The notes under the pieces: model-generated | What the model was told of the DNA's origin: nothing | Databases searched by the model: none | The model's input: only the letters and a program-made list of their open reading frames with translations | Translations under genes and position numbers: made by a program | Assembly (NCBI GenBank): GCA_965644295.1 | Contig: CBFFRP010000143.1 | Location: forward strand, 1 to 64,000 | Length of the DNA: 64,000 bases | Direction of reading: 5' to 3' | Source: Paraphysomonas bandaiensis | Lineage: Eukaryota > Protista > Chrysophyceae | Shown here: one piece after another, positions 38,841-51,910 of the stretch | Position numbering within the stretch: the first letter of the stretch is position 1 | How the letters are laid out: every line of letters starts with the position of its first letter

Positions 38841-41800
38841 TTACTTCTTCTTCGTCAACACCGCAGCTTTCGCATGTTCCAACACTGACTCGTCTAGATT
38901 CTCGGGATCCATTACGCGAAGCGCCTTAAGTGTGTTCATGTCTTCTTCTTCGAGATGTTCTTGTAAGTAGATAAAAATGTGCTCTACGACGTTAGTGGTT
39001 GACGTTAAAATAGGCAGCTCAGCAATGCAGCCCGATATCTGTCAGCGTAGAAATGAGGTGAAATGAAAACATTAAGCACTTCATTTTCAGTGGCATCAGA
39101 CAATACAACTCAGTAGCTTCAGCATATATATACCTGATAGATACGTAGAGACAATAGTAAAGGTAGCGCCCGATGAAGGTCGTTACAAGGTCGGAGTCGA
39201 TCCATTAGACCCTACACAGTCAATATAAGCCATCTGTATTACTTCATAATATTCCACGCAATATAATGTCAAACAAATTGCACTAGGAGTACAACCTGTT
39301 TCATAGTAAACGAAATGTTCCGCTCCTTCTTTTTATCGACCTTATGAGTGATTAGTTGCATGGTGCCATTCGCTGAACACGTCTCAAGAAATTCAATGAA
39401 ATCCCAAAGACACTGCCGTCCGCCAACAACAAGGGTCCACATTCGGTTCACGACACTTCCAATCTGCAAATAGTAAAATGAGAAGAAGTTGGTATTGTTG
39501 TTACAGCATGGTTTAATTTAAGTCTGAATCTATTTTAAAGTGAGTATCAGTCACAGAACTATTGTTTCATCACACATGTGCATCTATATATACGTAAGAT
39601 CTGGCTATGTACGTTTCTCCACCAAAAATATACCTCTCTAGGTAGCGACTGAATAATCTCTTGCCTTTGCTCAGATGACAACATAGTGACCGGTATTTCT
39701 CGTGATTCAGACAAAACGCTGTCTTGGCTGCATACACTGTCACTTCTGCATCTTTCTTTACCTGCAAACACAAATAACTATGAGTCTACAACCGTCGTTC
39801 ATGTTATGAAAAAAGAAGTTCAGGAAAGCAGGAGAATACAAGCATACCTGCTGTATATTCAACACCGTTTTCCCAACAAACAAAGGCTGTGAGCAAATCA
39901 GCAATGCGTGCACACCTAAACAACTATCAACACTTTCGATCACGTAATGACTAATCACAACATCCACTGCATAAATAAGAGTAAATGTTGTTCATGTAAA
40001 AGATCCAGTTTTCATTCAGTGTTCACCCAGTGCAAGTACTTATTAAAACAACCTTGTGCCAAGAATATATTCATGCAGGAAGGCAGTTCCGGGAAGTGTA
40101 GCATCTGCGGAGTCATCAATTTTTCTAATACAAAAAACCTTACGACATTTCTTTACACTAGTAAACGCCAATACCTGCCCTCCAATACAGCTAGTCCTTT
40201 AGCAACAACTTGCAACTCCTGCCACATGCCCTCGAACTTCTTATCCCTCTCTTCTTCCTTCCTCATATGATCTGCAAGACCACCCTAAAGTAACTCGTCA
40301 TATCGTCTTCTACACTGCCAACTGTGGTAAGTACCTGACAGGCATCATCCTTTGCCTTTGCAGCGACGCGTCGGTAAACCTCAATAGATGCGTCTTTCAA
40401 CAAAGTTTCCCATATACCTGGGCAACATCCACCATGAGAACTTTTTCCCATAACGAATCAGAGTTAAACACCTACCTTGAATTAACTCTTTCATTTGATC
40501 ACGATAAACTTCTTCGTCGGCCCCTTCTAGCTCTTGTCCCATTTCAAACACATTGGCACACCACCCATACAAGAGCTCCAACACTCGGGTATCTTTTATA
40601 TACGGCACAATTAGAGAACTTACACTACAAGTCAAACCATCGCTCGTGACTTCTTCATCTCCAGATGGTTTAGAATTTGCCTTTGAATTCTTCTTCCCCG
40701 CCGCTTTGTCTCGTTTCTTTCCTTTTGATGAAACAGTAGGTTCCTCTGGGGTATCGACAGCTCTCGACTTCTTACCCTTCTTTCCCTTGCCTTTACCTAA
40801 GAGTACCACAGAATTAGCACATTGTGCATAAGCACGTCAAAATTCTCCCAGAAATCATCGTGCACACTACATAGTTACAGGCGTACCAGTGCAATCGTCA
40901 TCTATCTCAGGATCTGCAACTTTAACAGCATTCATAGCTACCGAGGCTATGCTGGTCGACTTACTGTGCTGGGATCGTAGCTGAATAGTCAAAGCCTCTC
41001 CCATTCTAGTGGCATCCGTTTCTAGTTTACTACTCAAGAAACGAACAAACGACTTGTTGACAACACATGGCCCATCTGGTAGGTTAATATAGTAGAAATC
41101 ACTCGGGGTGAACTGTGACTCATTAGACCGCTTGCTGGCGTCGCAAGCAGCTTTGAATAAATTCTCCATGTCCTCCGTCGCAATCATCGCAGGTAAGCAA
41201 TTCAATAAATAGAGGTAAGGAATTCCTCCAGAGCCATCCCATGTCGTTTCGGAACTCGGGTCTGACTGAGCGTCAGTAGGTGACGCAGATAATACTTCAC
41301 GCAAGTCTGACTCAAGGGTTGCTACAACTCCTGTACACAATGAGCATTAGATATAATATACAACGCAGCAACAAAGAAACATCCAATTTAATCTCAACTT
41401 ATCTTCGTATGATAAAGTAATATACCTGATGACACAATGCAAGTTGAAAGTCCCACAGCATCTGGGAACGATGTCTGCACAAACTCCAATTGTTTACTAA
41501 CCACCTGAAACATGACAATTGGTGAATGGCAGCTTCGCTAATTCGTGAAAAGTATGGTATAGTAATACCTCTCATTCATCAAAAAGTCACTAGACATGCA
41601 TAATATACCTTATGCTTAGTAAGAGTTATGTACTCTATAACACCATTGATCTGAAAGTGCTCGTCTACAACACGACGCTGAGACTCCTTGAACACAGATG
41701 GACTGTACTCTTTCGCTGTACAGTTGCCTGAGAGGTAAGGACTCGTGTCACTTCCAGCACCGCTGGAGCCCGGCTTGGTTAACTTGGAAATGTACTGATA

Positions 41801-43108
41801 CACAGCTGTCTCGTCTAGCCCTGATACACACGCGAGACACAATTTAAAGCTGTCAATAGCCACAATGAATGCACTAGGAAAAGTATATGCTATGACTAAC
41901 GCAACCCCAGCCCTTACCCGTGACTTGTGAGGACAAAGTAGTTACTGGAACAGGCTTGCTCACAGCTAAACAGCATCCCCGAAGAAAAGCACGCTGTTGC
42001 TCCATGTGAAGCTCCGAACACAACATGTTTCCCTGTGTATGATTAAACAAAATGTAGGGATCGTAAAACAAAATGCCACCTTATAGGAGGCGTGAATAGT
42101 GCTTCCCAGCCGACTTTTCACAGTTTCAGTGACTATATCAAGTGGCAATTGAAACCTCCTCGACAGATTTCCAATTGTTGTCATTCCTTCATTTTGAACA
42201 ATGTCATTGATGTCCTCACAGAGATCACATAAGTACTGCTTAGTAAGTATCTCGCCACCCACAAGGAGTATCTCAGGATCATCGCATGATATCTAGAAAA
42301 TTATTGCAGTGAAAGCCAGTCATAATATATGTCCATTGATTTACCCTGTGAGCAATGATGTCAATATAGTGCATATCTACATTGACCACCATCTGCATAT
42401 AGGTAAGTTAGTTCTAGCACTGACAGACACAGTAGAAGACTTCACCTGAATATCATTCAAAGAAACACGACCACCACCGTTCATAATCTCAGCTCTAATA
42501 TCATCCACAACCTTCTCCCGGGTAAAATACGCATCACAATGAAGAGACGGTATTGTCTACATAACAAAAGCGTGATGTGATTATAGTGTGGTGTGATTAT
42601 AGTGTGGTGTGATTGTAGTGTGGTGTGATTATAGTGTGGTGTGATTGTAGTGTGGTGTGATTATAGTGTGGTGTGATTGTAGTGTGGTGTGATTATAGTG
42701 TGGTGTGATTATAGTGTGGTGTGATTATAGTGTGGTGTGATTATAGTGTGGTGTGATTATAGTGTGGTGTGATTATAGTGTGGTGTGATTATAGTGTGGT
42801 GTGATTATAGTGTGGTGTGATTATAGTGTGGTGTGATTGTAGTGTGGTGTGATTATAGTGTGGTGTGATTATAGTGTGGTGTGATTATAGTGTGGTGTGT
42901 TGTAATACATACCTCGACCTTGTCCCACTCGGCGATACAGGTAAGAATATCTCCACGGAGTTGATCGCAGTCCCTTATAGCCTGGAAAGACATGTGTAAA
43001 GATATATTGCCCTCAACTCTTGAGTATGCTAATAGCTCCAGCCCTAAACATCAGAACACAACTGCGCTGCTGTGAGTGTTGAACAGAGTCTTCTATAGAT
43101 GAGTACAT
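38841..43108 (-). CDS. UFL1: E3 UFM1-protein ligase 1 homolog, many exons
   Basis: YFT..V..IRAEI..GGGRVSLNDIQ/VNVDMHYID/GEILTKQYL..LCEDINDIVQNEG..I..LSRRFQLP..KSRLGSTIHA/..RAFLRG...AVSKP; central KGKGKKGKK tract typical of UFL1. Confidence 0.85.
42577..42898. repeat. Intronic minisatellite (GTGATTATAGTGTGGT) x ~20
   Basis: 16-bp unit; variant ATTGTAG in a few units. Confidence 0.95.
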
Positions 43109-43317
43109 AGGAATACAGCAGTATACCGTACGTAGTAAAAGTAACAGTTGGAGTTGTTGCTTGAAAGCACCACACACGGCACTGTATTTATGCAGTGTAT
43201 ACCATACACGGTATTGTTATTGTTCATATGTAAGTGTACGTATACATGGAGGTGGACGTGCAATGGATATATCCATCAACGGCATTTCCATATTAAGGAA
43301 TTATATTAGATATATTA

Positions 43318-45912
43318 ATGCCTCAATTATCTAAGCTTCCGTCAGCAGAGTGGGAGAGGAGTCTGGATAATATGGTTCACAGTGCCGATGAGAGTCTACG
43401 GCAGATAAAGAGTATGACCCCCAAACACACTAACAAACAGCCCTCTTATCGATCACCTACCGCTAGATCAAGCTCAGCACCAAGAGCATCTTTAAAATCG
43501 AATACTACTGCATCGGATGATACGAATCGTAAGCTTGATTTCTTGTTAAAGAAGACGAAGTCGCTTGAGAGCAGTGTCAGTGCTATGAGGACAGAGATGC
43601 AGACAATGAGACAGCAGTCTAAAGAATCTGAAACATGGGCGTTACATATGTCAGAATCAATAACTATGGATAAGCATACTATTGCAGAGTTGCGGGAACA
43701 GATATCGGGGTTGCGACAGAAAATGGACCGAGCTGCACAACGAGAAATCATCCGAGATCGAGCACAAGACAAATTTTCTGGTATGACTGGTACACACGTC
43801 GATGTTGGGGCTATATCAGAGGAGGTGTTCGCACGGGTGCACCGTGAATTTCGACAAGTTGTAGACGAGGTAGTGCAAGCCTGTGCCGGTGAGAGGGCGG
43901 ACCTCTTTTCTCTCATGAATAGTAGGAGTGCCGCGGAGAGGGAAGTTGAGGATAATGAGCTGAAGAAGCAAATCAATGCGCTTAGGTCTAAGCAGCAGAT
44001 TCTAGAGGACTCTGTTGCTGACTACAAAGGCTAGTGGTTTATTCTTATCTATGTTGTGAATTTAACAATATGTATACAGAAATGGCAAAACAGTCATCAG
44101 CATTGGTGTCATCTATGAGAGAGGCGATGCACACCTCCTCACTAGATACTCAGTCTGCACTTGAAAGTATGAGCAGTCGAATGAATGAGAGTTTGGCGCA
44201 TTCCGCAACGTCTATGAGAGAAGAGATACACAATCGAGTGGAGTCATCACTGGCATCATCCAAACAAAGTAAGTGTCAGTCATTCTCCTTTGCATGTAGT
44301 AGGATTTGAATTGCATGTATTGTGTGCAGAAATAAAAGAAGCATGGGAAGGTGTTTCTGATCTGGAGCATAAGGTGGAAAGCCTGTCAAGACACTGCAAA
44401 ACCCTGGATGGGGCGCTGGGTGAAGTAAGAGAATTCGCTTATAAATCTGGATCAGATGCTTCTCATGCAGTGGCACTGGCCACAGATGGCAAACGGGCAA
44501 TATCTCGTGTCGAAGAGAAGATCGAAGAAAGTTTTCAAGTTCCCTTTCATAGGTCAGGTTCTTCCCATGTAGGGAACCCAGGAGGGTGTTTGATAGAGGA
44601 TCGTGTTGACCGCCTGGAGTTGAGGGTGTCTGAAGTAATAGCGGGACATGAAACTAAACTTGAGACTCTTACAGGTGCATTGGATGCGCACCGAATTGAT
44701 TACCAAGAGGCACTCTCACGGCTCTCTTCTGCTGGAAGGAAAGTAAAGGCAAAACAAAAAGAACTGATGGACAGATTGACGGTGCTAGGAGACGTGAAGG
44801 AGGCTGTGGATCGGGTGCTTACAGATGCTATTGCATGCAACGAAGAGGATCGCGCCTTGCTATTGAACCTTAAACAAGATTTTGCGGGAGTTAAAGATGA
44901 AGTATCACGACTGCGGGAGCGAATGTCAAGTTATGAGGAGAAGTATATCACTGGAGAAGAAGCGAAGCATTATATTCAGGACATAATGACTGCCTATCAC
45001 AATTCTGAGACTATTCTGTTGGACACTCGATTGACGAATCTCGAGAAACGTGTTAGCGATATGAATGAGACGATTCGACAGCCGTCTAGTAGTCCAAAAT
45101 GCAGTCCACCTAGCTTGCGCCCTAGCTCTGCTTATTTGCATTCTGCTGGGCCGTCCAAGACATCTCCGAATAGCGTCGATATCACTTCTTATCAACGTAG
45201 ATATGTCGACGAGGGGTTGAATAAAACGAGCAGTAGATCACTTCCGATTGCGCCACTTCGCGCCTCTGCACCGAAGCCCCGCCCATCTACATCCCGCACG
45301 CATCCGGAAGGATTCTACCCATCTATGATGGAGTCTTCAGACAACAAGTCTGACTGTGGCAGCAGTTGGCATGGCGGTGTGGAGGCAGACGACAGTGATC
45401 CCAGATTGCTTGAGAAGATAAGGCGTACTCAGTCTCCAGAATCCACCGGATCTCATCCACAAACGAAGCTGTCTCCCCCGCGGGACTCTTTTATGGGGTG
45501 AGTATTTTGCACGTGCTAACAGGTCTGTATGCTCTGACCGAAATCGCTAAATTGTAGACAACCAGATGTCGCCGCTTCCTCTGATAAACTACCTGAGAAC
45601 TCACTGCCGAATCTACGGAAAAGCACTCTCAATGATGGACGGAGTTCTAATGAGCAAGGACATAGTCCGTCCCAATCTCGCACCGATCATTTTACTACAC
45701 CCGGAGAGGAATCTGCTGACAAAGAGTCCCCAGTGAAAGAGAGTACTGTTGATGACCGCGATTCAGGCACAGAGTCCGAGGCTACAGTACCGCCGCAGTC
45801 GCCGTCTTCAACGCAGCAGAGAGAGCAAATGGAAAAAATTGCGTTAGTGCTACTACACAACAAAAAAATGAAACATAGGCGAAACTTCAAACGCCAACTG
45901 CATATAGCTTAG
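43318..45912 (+). CDS. Hypothetical coiled-coil protein with Ser/Pro-rich C-terminus, about 4 exons
   Basis: ORFs 43318, 44034, 44290 and a last exon at about 45559-45912 joined by GT-AG introns. Confidence 0.75.
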
Positions 45913-46320
45913 TATGTATTTGTGGTATAAGATATGTGATGTGTGAGTACTACATTTTACCCGGGATGATGTCATATATCTAGTATTCGAATTGTGTTTG
46001 GGATCACTTAGCTATGCAAGAGGAATGCATTGATGATAAGAACGTTTTAGAAGTTCTACCCCACATGATGTTGCTAAAATAATATTAGCCCTAAATAACC
46101 TACAATCATTGCAATAAAATTGTTGATTCAAATTTTGTCAATATAGAACTGCAACAGTTAGCTTGTTAACTTCAGTGATAGGTCCATCTCTAACAACTAA
46201 CAATACATATCTATATTAAGTAATTTATGTTGGTGATGATAAGGGTGATACACGAAATGAGACTACAGATGATGGATTTTCTATATTCTATATCCTATAG
46301 TAGTGATTCTAGTGAATATC

Positions 46321-46455
46321 TATTATTAGCAATAAGTGTAAGATTCAGACCTAATATAATAAAACAATTTAACTAACTAGTGCTTAACTCTGATATCCTA
46401 CTATTTAGCGTTACAAAAACTGCTTGTGCGTCACCGCAAGCAACAAGGTGCAGCC
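46321..46455 (-). mobile_element. Short 3'-end-only copy of the LINE/SINE tail
   Basis: TATTATTAGCAATA..TGATATCCTACTATTTAGCG..TGCTTGTGCGTCACCGCAAGCAACAAGGTGCAGCC. Confidence 0.8.
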
Positions 46456-46502
46456 ACGCAACCACAATACTGAAAGAATATACTTTAGCAGTAGTTATAC
46501 GG

Positions 46503-47612
46503 TTATTCCATTGCAATCATAATGATAGCTCGTAATACCGACAATGAAATTGCCGCAAACAGTCCAATCAGGCGATTCTTTACCCCCTTCATAGTTAGAT
46601 AAACCCCTGCTATCGTATACCGTATAGGTTTTACTATAACTCTATGAAGGGTATCATACCTGTCAGCCTCACGGACGGGCTCAGGCCATTTACTTTCTGC
46701 AAGTACCGAATGTAACTGCGAAGCAAGTTCATTCACCTGAGCTATTTCTGGAGCAATGAAATAGAGGAACACAATATCAGAGGCCCAGAGAATGGCAAGC
46801 ACATAATATAAAAAGGATACAGCATGTAGTGGGCCAACGTCACCAATTATTCTATCATGCACCACCAGGAGTACAATGGCGCCTATGCTGTCTAATAGTA
46901 TACTTATTACAATAACTCCATCGGTCCAGAATGCACTCTCCACGAGGCTTTCAATACTTGTTTGGCATTCGGAGTAGACAGGCGCAGTAAGCTCACCTTG
47001 CTCTGCGAGGTCTATCAAGTTTTTCACTGTGCTTTGAGCAACTCGGGCATCAGATATACTGAATAATATCACAACACCCATGTATCCCGCAAAGACTGCT
47101 GTCCCTAGAGTAAGCAGTATACCTAATCCATAATCCACGAGCACTATCTTATCAGACCAGCAACCCATATAAAATATAATCGCCGACACATTGATAGCTT
47201 CCGTGAATAAAAAATATTGGCGAGATCTGTTCACAGCAGTGCTTGCTTCTGCCAGAAAGTTTCGCTCTGATTGCTTCTTTACGCGACTTCTGATTCGACT
47301 CATAGCAAGCCTCAATACGATGCACTTGAACGCCATACCGCAATGAAGGATCCAAAACGACTGTGAATATCTCGTCACCACATAAAAAATTGCAAATGAT
47401 ATGAAGAACAGTGTATACGATATGTATACGCATCCAAGTGTGTGGTACCATATGAAGGAGCCCAGTGTCGGCTTCGTCTCTAAGTAGGCCCCCACCCATG
47501 ATAGATACGCGGCTGTTTTAGAGGGGCCTGAGGATAGTGCCTCCTCCATAGACACCTTACGATTACCCATCACATACAACGGGATTGTAGGATCATTCTC
47601 TATCATCGCCAT
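46503..47612 (-). CDS. Intronless multi-pass (about 7 TM) membrane protein, possibly gustatory-receptor-like (GRL/7TM ion channel)
   Basis: 369 aa with about 7 hydrophobic segments; C-terminus AQVNELASQL..L...KPIRYTIAGVYLT..V...LIGLF resembles the Gr/Or TM6-TM7 pattern. Confidence 0.6.
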   Translation of the reverse strand: MAMIENDPTIPLYVMGNRKVSMEEALSSGPSKTAAYLSWVGAYLETKPTLGSFIWYHTLGCVYISYTLFFISFAIFYVVTRYSQSFWILHCGMAFKCIVLRLAMSRIRSRVKKQSERNFLAEASTAVNRSRQYFLFTEAINVSAIIFYMGCWSDKIVLVDYGLGILLTLGTAVFAGYMGVVILFSISDARVAQSTVKNLIDLAEQGELTAPVYSECQTSIESLVESAFWTDGVIVISILLDSIGAIVLLVVHDRIIGDVGPLHAVSFLYYVLAILWASDIVFLYFIAPEIAQVNELASQLHSVLAESKWPEPVREADRYDTLHRVIVKPIRYTIAGVYLTMKGVKNRLIGLFAAISLSVLRAIIMIAME

Positions 47613-47820
47613 AACGTCCCAGTTTAAATTTAGTGTTTAGCCAGGATACCATACACATTAACTGATATCCATAAACAGGCAGTCGTATAGCGCTATAACC
47701 AGGGCTTTATACTGTATATATCTCCTATTTTTATCCATAATATCTGATTTTCCGCCACTTTTTTCTTGTTTTTTGTGGTGCCTAGCTCAAACTAATTACA
47801 GCTGCCATGATATTGATTCC

Positions 47821-50727
47821 TGTGTATGTTAGTATGGCAGGTTTTCGATGGATTTTTTTGAAAGTGTATGTTAGTATGGCAGTTTTTTGAAACAGAGCAC
47901 ACTTCTTTTCCAGCCTTCACTTCTACTTGTATGTATAGATACGGACACAGGCAGGTCGCTACTTTACACTTGAACTTCATGTACACTAAAGTTGCTGTGG
48001 CGGACACGGTGACGTTTACAGATTTTTGATTGGTGTTCTTTTACTTTCAGGGGGAGCGAATTGGAAGGAGCCCCCAAGAATTCGTAGATCACTCAGTGTT
48101 GCGAGTACAGGCAGCTGGAGAGCCCCCGATAGACTCTCGAAGGGTCGCATATGAGTCTATTAGACTATTATTAACATTGAAGCCTCGTATAATGCACCTG
48201 CTGTGCAGCTATAGGGTCCAAACGACCTCGATAAGCTCATGTTGCAGCATTTCCCCAGCATCTCAATGGGGCAGCGAACACCCCAGAAAGGGCAAGATAA
48301 AAACGCTATGAAGCCCAGTATGGTCCGTAATGGTCATATCAAGCGCAATCTAGTTGGATCTTGTTTAGCGATAGAGCAGGAGGGTGTTTACCGGCATCCG
48401 TTCCTATGAAGCGCAAGGTGAACCAGGTCCTGAGCGCCCTCTCCCCTCCTGGGAGCACTACTAATGGTAGTTCATCCACAATGCCATCCCTTGCATCTTT
48501 GAGGGGCATTGTCAAGGCAGTCAAAGATTCCCAAGTTGAAACATTCCTGCTTTGCGTGGGATGTATATCCTGAACTGCGGAAGGAAGCGCTCTTTGATGT
48601 TTGCATTGAGGCTTCTACTTACGATCGTGCCTCAGAGGGTTATGGCGTTCCTGACCAGACTGGTTTTTGTGACAAGAAGGCTGTCATGGAAAGATTCCAC
48701 CTGACTGAGGGCAAGGTCGTCAAGGAATTATCAAAACAATTATCGCAGGCACCGTGGATCCATGGTAACAACGAAGTGTTGCAACAGCTACTCCGAAAGG
48801 GAGCTTTGAACCCATCTTTTGATTGGAGAACGGCTACATTGGGCAGTTGAAAGCATACCGTGCTGTTCTCCCAAATTCAGCTGTCATGGTGGGTCGATGC
48901 GTTCGGAGAGACTCGAAGCCACGGCTTGTCATGAAGATGCAGGAACCTCTGCAGGAAACTCTCAGGCATCCAGATTGTGTTGCTACTGCTGTGGCAGATA
49001 TCGGGAGTCTTTCCGATGACGACGAGGCATCCAACCAAGTCTGATGTCAGTGTGTGATTTGTTTATTTGCATCAGTGCCATTCACCATTCACCCACAGAA
49101 CTTGTTCTTGCCTAACATGGAAGTAGTAACTTAATATTTGGTATTAATATATTTATGTTATTAGCTCATGTTGATGGCTCTATTATGCATATGTCTATAT
49201 ATGAAATTTTATCATATTTACTGTAGACTGTCGATAGAGTGATCAATTAGAAAACACTTAGCAGTTAATTACATAGAGTGGTCAACTAGGAAACACATAG
49301 CAGTTAATTAGAATAATTTATATTGTGATCAACAAAGTTCAAGAATTTATTATCATAATTTAAAATAATAATTTATTAGAATTTCCAACAACTTTATACT
49401 TTCAGATATAGCTAGGTAGCATGTGCGGATTCACCAAAATTCCAGAGCATGGGTATGTCGTATGTCCAATGTCCATTGTGGCAGATATTATGTCAGCATA
49501 CCATAACTAGCCTTATAAAATAGATTGTATTTCTAGTGATACGCTATATTCACCAAATACAACACGAAATTAAGAAGTTGCGGTACCACTGATGGCAGTT
49601 AACTGAACATTACATAAACCTCGATCTTAATCTCTGGCCATTGCTTTTTTACTCAGTGATTCATTTACTCACTACTGACTTGACCTACTGCTGAATGAGA
49701 TAGGCGGTATAAACTAATACCTCTATCCCAATGCCGCGTTCGTGTAGTGGCCCATCACTAGCCCAGTATGTAGATCCAATCACTAACGATGGCACAATTC
49801 TAACTCCTGTGCAGTTTCTGTTGTGCACAGCGCAGCCATTCCCATTCGTGGCAGGGGTTATTCCACCAAGTACATTATTGAATGTTAACACCGAATGTAA
49901 GTATAAATCCATTGACAGGTCACTGCAAAAGCGTGTGAGAACGCCTCACACTCTCGGTATCATATTGTGCTCTATCCCTTCTCGATGCTTAGCACTCTGA
50001 TTGCCATGTAAAACGCTACTATAGCTTCATTAGGACCAAGGTGCTCCCTTGTATACCTAATACCCTCGTAACAACATTTTATGTCACTATCATGCACGTT
50101 AAATACAGAGAATGGTAGGGCTCCTGTATCATGACAACCCAGAGATTCCTCGTCGCTTTCAATCAGCTCAACGCTGTCAGGGTGACGTTGGTCGTCCACA
50201 CTCATTTTAAACATAGTAAATAATAAGTTTCATTGTTTCATTTGTGCATCAATATCACTCTTGGGGAGCTGCAGACACTACAGTGAAATACCAGGTCATT
50301 GTGTGTAAGCTACCCTACACAATGCTACACAACGAATTACAAAAATCTGAGCACATCAGCGTATCAAGCACAGTTGAATTAGTCTAGTGGTTATGTCAGA
50401 TGTAATGTATGGAGCTCTCATGACGCGTCATGTAGGGATCATTCCATGATATGGTGTGTAAGTGACTTCCACCGACTGTGAAAACCTGCCATACTAACAT
50501 ACAAAAAAAACGGTTTCGACGAAATCCTTGAAAGCGTCCTCTCTTTGCCCGTCAATAACTTTACATCCAAATTATGAATGTCGATGATCAATTAGTATGA
50601 ATTGCAGCCCAGAGCAAGCCTGATCGATGGATAGTCTCGGCTGTCTGTTTGGTTTTGTGTGTGAAGAGTGACCGTTAAGAGAAAAACCCAAAAAAGTGCA
50701 AAAAAAGACTGCCATACTAACATACAG
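47821..50727. mobile_element. Putative non-autonomous DNA transposon bounded by repeated inverted 18-bp motifs
   Basis: TGTATGTTAGTATGGCAG at about 47823 and 47865; its reverse complement at about 50486-50503 and 50709-50726; interior holds broken ORFs. Confidence 0.55.
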
Positions 50728-51084
50728 CTATCTGATCATCATAATCGTAGTCTTCTCGCTCTGTTGATATCTGCCACGCACTATGGAGAGATGCATGTAG
50801 AATGTTTCATCTGGAGAGAGGGTTAGTCTACTGAAGCATTACTTTCTACTAGTATATTTTCTACTATAATGTGTAAAGTAGTTCTAGAAAGTCCCCTTCT
50901 TGTTTCAATGGGCATACAGTAGTATGTTCTCTCGGATAGTACGATATATGCGTTGTTGTAATATGAATGATGTAGAGAAGCATCATATTTACATCGCTGT
51001 TTTATTGCTTTTTTCTAATCGGGGAAAAGTGTTTCCGGAACAGGAAGTATGGCACCGACAGCGACAGTGGGCATTACTTAAGTA

Positions 51085-51477
51085 GTAAATAGGCGTCTAA
51101 GAGTCAGATCTAATAACTAATATAGCAAACTAATTTAACTAACTACTAGTGCTAACTCTGATATCCTACTATTTAACGCTACGAAAGCTCCTTGTGCGTC
51201 ACCGCAATCACCAAGGTGCAACCACTTACGCTCTATCACTTAAAGCAAACGCAGTGAGCAAACAGAATGTTGATATACCTGGCATCTGCTAACTTCAGGA
51301 CTTTTGAGTTCTTAAGGTAAACAGCCTGGATGCTTGACTTCAGCAGGCAGACCAATACCCGGATGTCCTTGAGGGGGGATCATTGCCGGATGCTTCCTTA
51401 TTCGTCAAGCCCAAAGACGTCTACACAAGTGACATTAATGTCCCTTGTACCACACAAGCATTTGGCTATGAGTGGGC
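51085..51477 (-). mobile_element. SINE-like element, copy B
   Basis: Homologous to 37881-38218 over its length, with about 70 extra bp at ~51235-51310. Confidence 0.8.
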
Positions 51478-51910
51478 AGAATGGCAGTAAGTAATATGCT
51501 GACTATATGGTATTAATTAAGTACATACTCTCAACAAGTTCTTTGAATGTAATGTATAATATTGGAAGCACTTGTACATACATACACAGTCACACCATAG
51601 GGGCAAGGGTCAGTATAAATTAATAGTGTTTACAGTCACGGTAGCACGGTACAGGGTCGAAGACTCCCCCTCTCTCTGTGTGTGTGTCTCACATGTCCCT
51701 TATTCCTTAGATATTCAAAGGAGCGCATAGCATAACACAGTAAGCAGCAAACAATGCATGGTAGAAGACATTTGGTACTCTAGTTAGTTACACATATGAG
51801 AACAGGGATGATAATACTTTCAACATTCTTCGCGATATCAATTGCGCTACTCAAGGTAAACGGTTGCATGTTCACAGAAACGTATATATATATGAAACAA
51901 TGGCGTCATA

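Noticed and set aside
42577-42898. Possible CRISPR array or telomere
   Set aside because: No unique spacers and no cas genes; lies inside an intron of a eukaryotic gene
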